Source of the DNA: Laetmonice hystrix
Taxonomy: Eukaryota
Direction: 5' to 3'
NCBI GenBank assembly: GCA_965235115.1
Contig: OZ249437.1
Coordinates: forward strand, 5,456,001-5,520,000
DNA: 64,000 nucleotides
Part shown: in pieces, positions 1 to 19,605 of the stretch
How positions within the stretch are numbered: the stretch's first letter is position 1
Layout: each line of letters opens with the position of its first letter
Program-made: the position numbers and the translations under genes
The notes under the pieces: model-generated
Database searches by the model: none
Told to the model about the DNA's origin: nothing
Seen by the model: only the letters and a program-made list of their open reading frames with translations

Positions 1-761
1 AGTCAAATCAACAAATTCATCACCTCTGATTTGCTTCAAACTTTCAGGAAATGCTGTACCTGTGCACAATAACGGAAATACAAAATTTTAGACTGATATC
101 TTTGATACTTTTTGAGATATCGGCACAACAAAAATGGCCCCTGGAAATTTTAGCTAACTGATATAGTGCAATATTCCAACATTCATTAAACTTTAAAACT
201 ATAAAGGCTAGATCTATGAAATTTCCAAGGATTGTTCTCTATTGTTACTCTTAAACCAATTAAGAACAACACCCAATGTATTATAATATTTATATTTGCA
301 ACGTTATTGCACATTAAATTTTGAAAAAAAGAATGTCACTTTTACACATTTCAACAACTTTGACACTCGATATCTCCAGAATGAATCGAGTGAGACATTC
401 CAATTTTATTATCCCATGCGCTGGTAAGGGGCTTCCAGCTTCCAGCCAGTAGAGCTAAAAATTGAAAATGGAAGATGGTCAAAAAACCAATCTCAATGTT
501 TCGAGTCATTAATACGGCCGGATTCTTCAGAACAAACAATCTGTTTAAGGTCGGCCCAGGTCATTAAATGATCTTTAATCACAAAGTTCTGGGGCCGGTT
601 TCTCTGTCACATTTGAGACCATCAAACAGTCACCATCCTTGTATAACCGTTTGCATTTTTTTTTGCAGGCAGCTGGACAGACCATTCATGGCCCAAGTTA
701 GATAAGGGACTTGCCCAACGACTAAGAAACCGGTCCCAAATGTTATTTGCTTTTTGCTCAC

Positions 762-6785
<6,024 letters not shown>

Positions 6786-7157
6786 TGTGCCTGATGGTGC
6801 ACCTGTGCCGGGACTATTGTCCCTGCACACTACTCCCACCGAGGTCGAGTCCGTTGTGCCTGCTGTTGATTACAATTTTTTACGTGAAATCTTTGAAGAT
6901 TGACGCCACTTGTTTGGCGCTCCTTCCCCTCTGTCACCTGCAACAAGCAATACAGTTAAAAGTATGGTAGCCATAAAGTATCATCTTGTATAGCGACTTG
7001 TATGGTACATTCACAACCCTGCATCAGGGAACAAAACAGGCGCTTGCTACTCGCTAAATGCGAGTCGGCAAGAGTAACCAAGTCGGTGCACTAGTCCGTA
7101 CTATTGAGTGCCAAAAAAATGGCCAAAAAACGTAAAGGTGCCCTAAAAACACCTGGC

Positions 7158-7665
7158 CAGTGTTCTCCACAAGGCTCCAAGGTCGGGCGGGCCCGACCTT
7201 GGCAGCGGGCCGCCCGACCTTGATCACGACCGCCCGACCTTGGCGGCCGACCGCCCGACCTTAAAATCCATTCCAATTGTCTGTGGAGTCGATTTATTAC
7301 TTTGTGACTTGGGTGTGTGTCGGCTTAGAGTAAATTTAGCATACATAAAGTTGTACTAATAATATTAGGCCTATTTGGAATCATCCTGGGAGTAAAGTGT
7401 AATAAAAATTATAGGCCTAAGTAAAATTAGCTCTTCCTTGTGGCATACTGTTCTGACTCAGGATTATAACCATGGTTTTCTGAACTTGGTCAGTTAAAAA
7501 TAGGCGATTGGGGTGCCTTCCGAGAGCAGTCATTTTCTCTCCCAGATGCCGGGAAATCGCATCTCCGGGCTTCTACATTTCAAAATTTTCTGGGGAAGGA
7601 CCCCCAGGCCCCCACTCCAAACAAAAGGCCTGCCCGACCTTGGCCACACCCTGTGGAGAACACTG
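7158..7665. mobile_element. CAG-terminal MITE with 5-bp TSD
   Basis: 14-bp perfect TIR CAGTGTTCTCCACA with further similarity (CCAAGGTCGGGC), repeated GCCCGACCTT subterminal motifs, and CTGGC on both flanks. Confidence 0.75.
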
Positions 7666-7721
7666 CTGGCCTGACTGAAATCTGCAAGGTATCTTATATC
7701 TAAATGACAAGACGGGAGTAA

Positions 7722-8155
7722 GGCTGAGTTCACATAGGAGTATACGGCACGGGTATACGGTGCACGTTTTGCAGGGCACGCGAATAGTTTAAATCGTACA
7801 ATAGGATCTTATAATACCGGGTCACATCAGAGGGCACTATTCGAAAAGGCGTATAGTATAGTATAGTGGGAATCGTGCGTGTTCGATTTTAGTGCAGCGT
7901 ATACCTTGGGGTGCCTGTGTTTAAAAGTTCAGCATTTACACAGTTCTTGATATTTTTTAACTAAATTTTCAGATCTAAGGGCAGATATATAGGGGTATTA
8001 TCTCTTAAAATTTCAAAGAAATCAGTTCAAGGGGAGGGGCAGGGGGGCACCTTTCAATTCATGTCGGGAATTAAGACACTGGCGGGCGTGACTCGCCGTG
8101 CCCGTATAGCGTATAGCGAATACCAAATACCGTATACTCCTATGTGAACTCAGCC
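7722..8155. mobile_element. PIF/Harbinger-type MITE
   Basis: Perfect 26-bp TIR GGCTGAGTTCACATAGGAGTATACGG with TAA target-site duplication on both sides. Confidence 0.9.
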
Positions 8156-9185
8156 TAAAGGAAGTTCTGTCTATAAGTGACATAAGAATAATTAGACCCA
8201 GAGTCTACCTCTATCCATAAAACCTGTGAGATATTATTCAAATAATTAAATCAGGGGATTTGGCCCTATCTAGGTTGGTGTATATAATAAATCTTAACTT
8301 ATGTAAATATGCATTTTTTTCCGGGTCTCCGCGGGTTTGATCTTAACAAATTTAAGGCTGTTAAGATTGCCATCATCATTGCCATTACAGGCCACAGACC
8401 TTCAGCATCCTTGGAGGATGGAGGTTTGTGACCTGCTACATGCCTGGCACCAGGTCCTGACAGATACCACCTGTCAATGACAGTAGGTTTAACCAAGACT
8501 GGGCAAGAGTCCGTCGGACTACCATTGATATATTTTCACAAGTCCGGAGCAATAATAGGCAGGTCCCGGACCTCGGGCTAGTGAAAAATAGCCAGGCGCG
8601 GTGCCCTGCCTTTACCAGCACTCGCACTGCCCTTTTGAAGAGTGCCCTGCCTCTGTTAGTATTTTCTACAGAAAATGAGCATATTTTAATTTGTTTGAGA
8701 GGAATTCCCGATGCAAATAACTTTACTACGAAGAAATAGTCCCTAGTCATGCCCGGAAACTCCCCCCCCCCCCCCCCCAAAAAAAAATGAATAGCTAATT
8801 AAATAACTAAATAGATATAAATGAATTACTAATATTATGATTGGGAACCCCCCCCCCCCGGCCATCTCATTTGGACCCCCCCCCCCCCCCCAATATCTCA
8901 GTTTTGCCTGCTACACCCCTGAGCAGCAAGATAACTCTGGGCCATGCAGCATTGAAATAGACCAAAAGGGGGCCCAAAATAGCCATAATCACAATCGCGT
9001 AGCGAGGGTTAGATGCCCCCCCCCCCCTTAATCCTTATCAAAATCCTGGATCCCCCACTGAGCCACTCGCTGAGTAGCTGAGCGTGTAGGCTAGTCTGTA
9101 CGTTAGAGATCGAAACCTGGTCTAGGCCTAGTTCCAACAGTTTGTCGGGAGTCCCGTCGGGTCGGCGGCTAAAGACATCACTCAC

Positions 9186-9600
9186 CGATGGTATGCAGGA
9201 CACCTAGACTAGACACCACTACGTACGTTACATGGATTGTAGGAAATGCCAACGCAAAGGCGCCACATCACATACTGAGTGATACCGACAATGATTGATA
9301 GTGATACTAGCGACATAGGCGATGCACATGATGCGATATTCGATCCCTTGTACCGAACTCCATAGACCTCGGATGCCTAAATTTTGCTGATATGCACACA
9401 GTCTGTGTGCCAAGTTCTATTACCATCAAATGACATCGATGAGAACTCACCAGGAATTGTCAAAATTACATGCCAAAGCGGATCCAGCTCTGAAAATGCT
9501 TGATCCACTTTCCAACACTGGCGCGATGGTGCAAAAGACGTTACTGCGCATGTCAATCCTAGTTTTTGACGAATGGGCACAGCCCTTACAAGCTATTTGC
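9186..9600 (-). other. Possible non-coding 5' exon / promoter region of SMAD4
   Basis: Minus-strand donor CATCG|GTGAGT at 9186/9185 in a CpG-richer stretch upstream of the 6937 acceptor. The upstream boundary is a guess. Confidence 0.3.
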
Positions 9601-10322
9601 GGTACGGCATCCGGGCTTCGCTGACTTCGACCAACGACATCGCAGCTTACTTATGAAGAGGCCTCCCTTTTCAACCCTTTATTCTAGGCCTAGATGCTCT
9701 CTAGATCCTTATTCGGCATTTCAAATAATACAGTGTGAGTGATCAGTCACGTTTCAATCCCAATCAACCGAGTCCGAGCGGACATGACCTATGTAAAAGG
9801 ATGCTGGCCCACAGTCAAGGTGGTCTGTTGGCGCGATTAGGCACCCCGTGAGTGCGTGTGGTCGGCATCACTAAGTACGGTACCTCAGTAGGCCCACACT
9901 GGCCACAGTCACACTCACAGATTAAAAATTGCATTTTTTATCCGTGGCAGGGCGGGGGCGCGGTCGGCTACGTCCGCCTCCCCCCCCCCCCTCCAAGTTC
10001 CATGTTCAGGGGAATGTAGTGTCGGCCTAGGCCCTATGCAGTTGCACTAATAAGAAAAATCAGTGTAGCCATTGGCCTAGGCCTACCCAAAAGGCCAAAT
10101 CCAAGACAAGATGTTTTATTAAAGCACAAATCAAGTAACCTTCTCAAACAGAGAAACTCTTTAAAAAAATCAAATGTGACCAAATTGCCTTATACTAGGC
10201 CTATATTTACAACCAAAACTTTAAAGTAGGCCTATCCTTTTTTTTTTTTTTTTTTTTTACAACGGACCCCCCCCCCCCCCCCCCCAATTTAGGCTAAGCT
10301 GTAGGCAGAACTGAGATGGGCC

Positions 10323-11171
10323 TAGAGTATGGTGGGGTAAAACGCCCACTCTAAGGCCAATAAGTAGCCATTACCTGAGGACCATATAAATTAGCCTAAG
10401 TGCCGAGAACCGTGAACCCGCCAATGTAAATCAAACCGGTAGGCCTACACTATAGCTATGGGCTATAGCCTGTAGGCCTATAATTATATAGGGCCTACCA
10501 ATCTATTCGTATAATAATGACATAATGACAAAATATTTACTTTATGAAAATTTAACCTGATGGGCGTTTTACCCGGGGCCGGTAAAACGCCCAGTGGGTA
10601 TGCCGTAGGCCCCCTATACCGTATGGACATGGATTTCAGGGACTCGCCCATTTTTACTGCATGAAGGGCATTTTTAACGCTTTTATAGGCCTATCTCCAG
10701 ACGAACCACGATCTGTCTTTCGTAACGGTTTGTATTCTTGGCCCTTTTTATGACAGTAGCCTACTATGCCAATCAATATCCTGTAAAGAATAAAACAATT
10801 TGTTAATCCAAAATATAGGTCTTAAAAGGCCCATCAGTGGGCGTCTTACCCCGAGCACGTGTGGGCGGTTTTAGATCTACCCCGGCATGACTAAATCTTT
10901 GTTTACATCTCTAGATATGTTATAACAAAAACTTAATGCCCTTAAAAGATTCTATATGTAGGCCTTTGATTTCTAACAGGATGACAAGAACACGAACGTA
11001 TACTTACATGGAACTGACAAAAAAATGGTGCTGGGGAGAACATGACGCGATATTTGTTATTATCGCTAGATGTCGCTGCCGATATGCGCATTGTGACTTC
11101 GCAAAGTTGTTAGAAAATTAAAGGCAATGGGCCTCTTGCCCACAGTGGGCGTTTTACCCCACCTTACCCTA
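10323..11171. mobile_element. Tc1/pogo-like MITE
   Basis: 20-bp perfect inverted core GGTGGGGTAAAACGCCCACT (10331-10350 vs 11144-11163), TA at both ends, and internal GGGCGTTTTACCC repeats. Confidence 0.75.
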
Positions 11172-14040
11172 AGGGTTTCAACTGACGGGGGGGGGGGGTC
11201 TAACCACAATATTAATCCTTCATTTATTCAGTAGCCGCCAAGTATAACCTGAGATAGGCCTAGAAAGTACAAAGTGGCGGTAACCAATGTAAATCAAACC
11301 ATACACTAATAAATGACACCGACAAACCAATCTATTTGTATATTTAATCATGACAAAAAGTTTACCTTATAAAATTTAACCTGATGGGCGTTTTATCCCT
11401 TATTGGGATATGCCATATACCGTGTGGACATGGATTTGAGGGACTCGCGCATTCGAAGGGCATTTTTTTCACGCTTTTATCTCTATATTATACGAACCAC
11501 GATCTGTCTTTCGTTTGTATTCTCCCTGAAATAGCTGAAATACTGCTGACTGGGCGTTAAACACCAACCCAACTACTCGTTTGTATTCTCGGCATTTTTA
11601 TAACTAAATCAATATATTCTGTGAAGAATAAAACAATTTGTTATCAAAAATATAGATCTTTATAATGAAGGGTATAGGTCTAAAAGGCTCAGTGGGCGTC
11701 TTACCCCACGTGTGGGCGTTTTACCCCGGCAGCCATAATTTTTTGGCCGCCATTTTTTCGTCTGGGGAAGGGGACTCCTCCAGCGTGGCTCGCAGCCCCG
11801 CCAGTGGAGCTCTTGCCCGTTAATTCTGACCCCCGGTGCCGGCCTGAAGTTGGGCCGAGGTTTTTCGAATGCCCCGGTGCCGTCCGCACCGACCCATCGC
11901 CCGGCAGCCACCGATACCTTTCCCGTGTAGTAATGCAGGCGCGTGTCCAGGATTTTCAGCAAGGCGGGGGCGGGGGGGGGGGGGGTCTCAGGGAATTTTT
12001 AAAAATTAGAAGCTCTGAGACGCGATTCCCCGCCATTTAGGGGCCATTTTAGGGCATTATATTTTGTGGATTCATCGCTCAACGGGTTAAAAACGGAGGG
12101 AATACTTAGAAAAAATCTCTCAACGGGTTCAAATCGGCAGGAATGCTTAGAAAAAAAAATCTAGGCCTATGCTCTGTGGGAGCAGGGGGGTCCGGACCCC
12201 CCCCCCCCCCCCGACACGCGCCTACAGGTAATGGGCTATATAGTTTGGCTAGTCGTGGAGCTATGTTGTGGGGTTAAGGCGCCCCTGCCTTCTGCTAACC
12301 TAATTGGGCCCTATCAAGGTCACCATCCTGGGAGAAAAAAAAGAGAAAAGATGGTTGTTTTTATGTGACCGACCACCGATGGCCCTAGTGTCCACTTTGA
12401 GATGTTTTGATTGTAAAGTGTTGGTGACATTTTCATTAATGTTGTTGCGTTTTCTTTTCTGTTATCGCAGGAAAGAGTAGCACACCACCACCCCTTTAGA
12501 GACCCCTTGAGATACATTTTGAGACCCATATACATGTATAGGCGTATACCCTTCATGACTTTTGTGTAACTGAGGATAGTATATTGTAATTGCGACAATA
12601 GCGTTACCGTGTTTTGAAAGTACAGTCAAGACGTACTTTATTTCATTTTCCCTTTTAATTAAGGGTGGTGTCTTCCTGACTTAAGTTGTTATAGATTGAA
12701 AGACAGTGTTCTATAGTAGGCCCTAATTGTTTCCAATATCGTTATACCAAGTTATACATTTCATCTATAGTTATTCTTACCTATTACTATTTATTTTAAA
12801 ATCCACAAGTCACCTCACTATTGAAGTTTGCTACCTGACTGCCGTGATCGTTGTCAGTTGTCCGTTGCCTTGTCCGCACAAGGACATGACCTGCTCTCCG
12901 TTAAAGGACTTTGAAACCTGTAGCTGCCAGGTTGCATCTCGAAGTAAATGTATGAGGCCAACATTTGGTAAATGATAATAATTCTGGCTTTCAAACGATC
13001 AATAATTTCGGCTTTACAATTAACCTACTGTCTATAGGCCTCAACTGTAACAAAATTAATCAGTACGTTGTCACCGCCAGACACTTGCACGACGACGGTA
13101 ATTTCAGTAACCCTTGTCAAATGCCAGAGGAGCAATCTGTCACTTTGGGAAGTTTGCCCCCTGTTTCTCCCATTTCGAGTTCTCCGATTGACTTCAAAAG
13201 CAGTCAGAATGTGAGAAAAAGTGTGATACATTAATGTACTGCGCTGTCTTTGCGTCGCTGAACATTTGGTAGAGACTGAGTCTGAGAAAACAGCCTGTAA
13301 AAGTTCGAGTCTCAGACGCGGGTGACCAGATCGGTTTTGGCGAAAGAGGATGGGTATTTGAAAATTTGAAGAGGGTAATTGTGGCATTGGAGTGTGCTAT
13401 TTCTAGCGATTTCTTGGGTACTGATCCACATTTAGGTTGGTTTACGAGCTCAACATTGAATTACTAAAGTAATCACACAGAAGTAGGGCGAGGCCTAGTG
13501 ACAACACGCGAGGCAATCTCATTGGCCATTGGCGACGGATCCCGATTAATGGCGAGCTTTAAACACAATAGGCCTATACCTTGCGTGCAACAGAAAACAT
13601 TTGAAAGTAATTGTGAGTTTGGACTAATTTTAATAATGTACATGTAATTATTAATGTAAATGTTGCTTTCATTGATGTCACAGGATTGATATGACATTGA
13701 CTGCATAGAATTGATCACATCAAAGTCACACTCTTTCACATAACGCAAAATTAAAGAAGTTACAGAAAACTTTTATAATACAAAAATAACTGGCAATCAT
13801 CTTATGGGTTAGCGACTGACATGTCACCCACCAAACATATTTTCACCCAAATATACATGTCTAATTAAAAAACAAAGTAAAAGCCATGTATAAAAATTTA
13901 AATCTTTGAAGTCGACCCCCTGATTGATATAATACTGCTGATGCCTCCCTGCTGTCATATTTGGCCATGACATCTCAAAACAGTGTCCACGCATTTCAAT
14001 ATGACCTTTCAGTGGCATATTTTATATGGCGTTTTATTGT

Positions 14041-14700
14041 AAGTAAACTCCGCCTCAGTCGCCAGCGTGTAAGCCGTCAAATCACCTAAGTCGACGCAAT
14101 TCCCAAAGTCCCGATTTGGTTTAATGTTAATTCTATGTAGAATACATCGTCAAAGCCGACACTTTATAAGTCGCCACTTGGCCTAAGCCGACGCACCGAA
14201 TCTGGCCCCAAGTAACGTTTATACATATAAATTTCTACCTGTAAGTCGACACGAGGAATACCGAGCTATAACGTAAGCCTGGCTGCCCAGTGAGTAGTAC
14301 TGGAAAATGAACCTTTTAAGCGGGCATCTGTTTCTCACCGTGTTCTAATCATGGCGCTGGTAGATTATGAGCCTCGGAACGTCACAAATATGACGTCCTG
14401 CTACCTACCGTAGATTTCTTTCGTTTCTCTTGATTTGATGGAATATATTTGAGTAGCATGATATACACTGCAGCTACGTGTACACATGTATATTTAACTG
14501 GAGATGCCCTATAGCCGTCAGTGTTATCATAATGTGTGCTGCCGGTGTAGGCTACATTGTATCGACATACACACATGGCGTCCATGTCATCTTATGCATA
14601 AATCGACATAATGGTGACTTATGATTGTGTATCTCGTCATTTCTCTAAGCCGACACAAAAACGCTGGTCCCAAAAGTGTCGACTTAGGCGGAGTTTACTT
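14041..14700. mobile_element. pogo/Tigger-like MITE
   Basis: 21-bp TIR AAGTAAACTCCGCCT(C/A)AGTCG with 1 mismatch and many internal AAG(T/C)CGAC motifs. TSD not resolved. Confidence 0.65.
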
Positions 14701-15075
14701 CTATATATAATATTAATGGCAGTACTCATCCTTATGAACAATAACATCTCCTAACAAATTATCTCTAACAGATTCTTTCCATATTAGATAATCTTATAAA
14801 TCAATGAATCATATCACATATACAAGATAAATGCATTTTTCTTTCACCTATAGCAGTATAATTCACGACATTATCATTGTTTGAGATTTTTCTGAATTTC
14901 TGCCCTACATATCAATCTTCTTCACGTCCGTTCACGTTGCTGACCACTAACATCAGGTTTAAAAGGTCCCACTTTGAGGCCTCATGATTCATGTCTAGAA
15001 AACATTAATGTAAGGGAACAAACTTTTGGAATCTATTCAAGGCCTGCCTAAACTATTTTATGTGTTGTTTTAAAA

Positions 15076-17687
15076 TTATTTTTCAACATGTTTCCTAAAA
15101 TGATATCTTACCCAAGGTTGATTTTTGTAAAATGTAGCATTAAAGCTGAGAGTCTTTCCTGTCCTGGTTCTATTCTCGTACCACTGCTCAAAACAACTGA
15201 ATGCAACAGGCGAAAATTCAAGCCTGAATTTGTTGGCAAAGAGATGAGGTGCTCCTGCCAGACGGGGGAGATCTCCGACACCAAAGTTACATATAAAACG
15301 GAACCAGTGCCCATCACACGTCTCATCTGGTGACTGCCACACCTTAAACCGCGTCAGGAACCACTTTAAGTCAGGATTTTCTGAAATAGAACAGTGAAAA
15401 GGATGAGTTGAGATTGATGTTTAACACGTCAAGCTCACATTCTTATTCAAAAGCAAACATCAGTTAGTGAACTGCACAATAGGAATTTTAATGATGATTC
15501 AATATTTAAACGCTAAATATTTTGTGGTATTGCTAAATACTTATCAATAGAAAAAATAGGACCAAGGGCCCTAATAAAGGTCTTAATAAATGATCTTAAA
15601 ACGCAGCACCCCCTAGGAACAACTGAGGTGGAAATGTAAACAAAGTGACGCCGCAATGCACAGACACAGGCTTTGATGCGGCTGTTGACATGAACGTAAT
15701 TACCGAAATAATTACGAATTTTGTATTAAAGAAGCAAGGAGATGAGAAAAAACTCATGCCCAGACAGCTTTGGTCGCAATTCCTACAATTTATTGCTGCT
15801 ACATGCTGAGCTATCCTGCAGTTGTCAATGGGGCCACCTCAGTGGCACATAGAGGGTGCTGTGGTATTCTGCTTCACCGTTGTAAAAGACTAAGATGCAT
15901 ATCCTACACTGCACCATTCTTGCTTACTCTTTAAGGATGACGACTTTAGTAAACTGTCAGTCCACTTTTCCATCAACCAGACTGATGTGAACAGAACATG
16001 TTCATAAAATCTAAAAATGTATGATTCACAGAATTATGGATTTCTTCAAAACTTGGTTCACCTACCTGTGTAAGCTCCAGGAACACCTTTCTGTGGATTG
16101 TGATTCAAAGTTGAAAAATAATGTTCATCTGGAGACCGTATATCACGCATCCACTCAAGAAGATCCTGTGCAGTCTTGTTATGAAGTACAAAATCAACAA
16201 AATCACGGGAAGCTGCTATGTGGGTGGATCCCTTGGCAATGTTGTAGCCATGTGGAGGTGCTGTCTTTACTTGGTAAGAACGCCAATTCTCACTTCTCCA
16301 ATGATATTTTGTCCAAATGATGGGTCGTCTGTAATAAGAATTATGGACTTGATGTCAGGGAATGAAATACGGTAATACAACATTTGAGCTGTCTATCAAA
16401 AATTCGACCTTTGAGGAGGATTTGCCAAATTTTGGTAATGGTAAATGGCACTAAACAAAAGTTCATTCTATTAATTCCTATCTATCAATTATAATAACCA
16501 AGCTATTATCTTGTACCATTTTCAAGATATGAACGAATATAGTGTTATTATAGAGGTCAAACAAGAAATATGATTGCCATGTCGCCATATTGGGTCTGAA
16601 CTAAAAATACAGCCTGCCAATTGCCCCTTATAATTATGTCTCTTCTCTGCACCAAGTTTGAAAGAAATACTAATTGCTATTGCTGCTAATGTGTTAACAG
16701 TTTTCATTCAAGATGACCACCAAGTGGCCGTTGTGAATGATTTAAGAATCTACTTGATAGGCATCATCCTAAGACCAGCGTCCCTGATGATTGACCAAAG
16801 TTTTACGCAGTTTGACCAACATACTTCTGAAAAATCATGGTAGAAATCACAGATGTACAGATTTTCAAGTTTCCAGGTTGAAATTATTATTTTACTTCCT
16901 CTCATTCTGCTTACCTCCATAGCGTCCCATCAATATCATTTCCACCATCGTAAGACTTCAATATCTGGACCAATTCCGCATTTGTACGTAGTGGAAATTC
17001 TCTTCCCGTCAAATTGATGAAATAGCGCCAGCTTGCAGATTTCCATAAATCATGCATACAGACAATTTCCGCCTCTAATACTGGAAACCATGCCCACTTA
17101 ACATCTAACATTTGTGAGGCAATGAACACATTTTCAAAACATCCAGCTATGGCTTTCATCGAAGCTTTGACAAGAGCATCTGCTTTGGCATCGATATGTA
17201 TGCAATACACATTCTGTGGTTGATATATTGCACGCAGGAGACGTTCAGTCTGCTCGACATGTTCAAACATCAAAATGCTGTAAGCTATTGGAAATTCTAC
17301 CTCTTCAGCACTTTTAGGATACTTTGGGTACTTTCTTTGTTCTCTGAAATGATGGCAATTCTTTGTCATTTGAAGATAAGCCTTGTTAGATATCTCATCT
17401 CTTCGGGAACACTCAGAATACTTTCTGGCATGTGAGATCTCCTTCTTGTCATTAGATAATAAAGCAGCACAATCAAAAATGTCATCATTTGTGACTATCC
17501 CATCCTTAAGCACATGAGGCTTATACGTCTCTCCGTATATGTTGGGGCATTCTCTGGTAGGAAATACTGGTGGTTTAAGTACAAGGTAGCAGAGATACAG
17601 CATAAGGCCAAGTACCACTGCTCCAGGAAGAGCAACTCTCCAAGCTCCACGATAGTGTCTTAACAAATTAGTGGTATATATATGCAT
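15076..17687 (-). CDS. GCNT: Core-2/I-branching beta-1,6-N-acetylglucosaminyltransferase (GT14 family), 446 aa; exons 17687-16915, 16328-16066, 15380-15076
   Basis: N-terminal signal-anchor TM followed by the family motifs FPIAYSIL, RLLRAIYQPQNVYCIHIDAK, WRYFINLTGREFPLRTN, KGSTH..SRDFV, SPDEHYFSTL and C..ICNFGVGDL..LFANKF. GT-AG junctions in phases 2 and 1 give 1341 nt. The 5'UTR acceptor is at 17740. The specific paralog cannot be assigned. Confidence 0.95.
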
Positions 17688-18896
17688 TGTATAGTGTATC
17701 CAGTGTACCTCTTTGCCTTACATTTGTTATGCTTGACCCTCTGAAAAAAAAACAAAAAAAGTGAATATTAAAGAAATGTCAATTAAAAGTGTGAGATAAA
17801 AAAATAATGAATATATGTACATGTACTTATTCAGGGATCTCGCTCATCACACTGATGCAAGAAGGAAAATAACTGGTTTTAATAGACAAGAAATAAATGA
17901 TTCCCTGTAGATAGACTGAGAGCATGCAAGAATGCAACAAGTACAGCATACCTGACATGGGATGTCAGTATTATAAAGACCCACAATTTTTGACACAAAA
18001 AAAAAAGACAATAATAATTTGTCATTCTTTCTTGTATATTTTATCAACATCAGCAATTTTCAGGAAATCATTTTCATATAATTTTCCCACTTTTCGGCAA
18101 TTTTTACTTTACAGACGAGTCCGATCACTTTCTTCCGTTTATCAAAAAGAGGCCAATTTGAACGCCTAATTGTCATTCATCAAGAAACAAAATTCAAACA
18201 GATCGATTTGTTATTCCCATGCACATCCTAGAAAATACGATGACATCAAACTGTGTGTCCCGGGCCTATACTAGCCTCCCCCGGGCATAGCCACCACGCA
18301 TGCCCCCCCCCCCCCCCCCCCCCTTCTCGAAAACATCCTGCATCCGAGCCTGCTAGTGCTACCTACCTAATTTCTGCTTTCGGCCCAATGTGAGCAACAA
18401 TTAACCATTGAACCAATCCGACTGGCTCCAGTTAACATAATCGGGAGCCACCCTTTGCAGACCTTTACGCTCCCACTTCCAGTTACAACGTACTGACTAC
18501 CGTACCTAGGGGTACCGGGTACTTAGGTTCAAGGTGCCGCAAGTCCCGCCAGCAGCTCTAAGTAGGTCAGGGAATCCCGCATGCTGCAAAATACGGAATG
18601 TATTACCGTAGCCGAAACGACATGTTCCCTCTCCGTCTTCCGATGCCCACATGTCAAATAGCCTAAAATTTTGTTATGGCCCACTGACACCTTTTATTGA
18701 TGTGATCTACTTTTTAAATGGAGGAAATGAACGTGTAGCTACACCGGCTACGATTTTTTGCGCCCCCCTTAGGCTTAGCTATATTAACGTTGGATCCGCT
18801 CCCAGCCTAAACACTCCCCTAACGGCCCTAGTCACTCTCTTCGGGCCGAAATCTCCCCCCCCCCCCCCCATCAAAGTTAAATGGTCCTCTCCTTAC

Positions 18897-19256
18897 TTGT
18901 GCGACTGGAGAGCAGGCGATTCATCGAGCGCGTATAGTTTGAGAGCATGTTGTTTCGGATGTACGGTAAAATCCCTATTTTATAGTAGTTCACATAGGGG
19001 ATTCCCTGACCCATTTCAGAGATACCCATGCATATGGTGTCACTCCCATACTGCCTTGGCCTGGGACATCCGACACTGGCGGAGCCATTACACCTACCAC
19101 TACTCCTCCAGACCAGGAACAGGCTAATATCAGTGATGGTGTTGTCTCTGAAGAGTCTATGGTAATCGATGGATCAAGCGATACAACGATATCCTCGTCG
19201 GTCGACAACAGTCGGGGATTGGGTTGTGACAAATAACGCAGGGCCTCCTAACCTAA
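18897..19256. promoter_or_regulatory. Candidate bidirectional promoter / first exons of GCNT (minus) and TESK (plus)
   Basis: Minus-strand donor AA|GTAAGG at 18897 and plus-strand donor AA|GTAAAT at 19256 face away from each other between the two divergent CDSs. TSSs are not directly visible. Confidence 0.4.
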
Positions 19257-19605
19257 GTAAATGGCCATGGAGACATTGCAGGGATCACGGATATGAAGCA
19301 CGGATATAGCCTAGCCCGCTAACACTTACGGTTAGGCCTAGCCTACTTGCTCAGACTGCCCAGACCGGATTGCGCAGCCGTGCATTAGATTATCATTAGG
19401 CCGGACATAGCCTTAGCTTAGGCCTAGGGCCTAGGCCTAGAATCCGCTAGATCATGATTGAGGGCCGATTACATAGTCATACTCATCATAGGCGCCCTAA
19501 GATTATCTGGGATTATCTCATCCTCGTGAGGTCGAGGGGCATGTATGAAAGGAATTATTGAAAGTGTCAACCAATCTGAAAAGTATGGAAAGTCCGTGAC
19601 ACAAA

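Noticed and set aside
1-760. Further SMAD4 exon (linker/MH2)
   Set aside because: No minus-strand acceptor with SMAD-like translation; the region looks like repeat DNA, so the gene continues off-window.
6786-6839. N-terminal extension of SMAD4 given by the ORF track
   Set aside because: It starts at GTG with an in-frame TAA further upstream, and homology begins at ATG 6785.
12655-14735. Large TTAA/Kolobok-like element enclosing the 14041 MITE
   Set aside because: Only an ~8-bp imperfect terminal match and no confirmed TSD.
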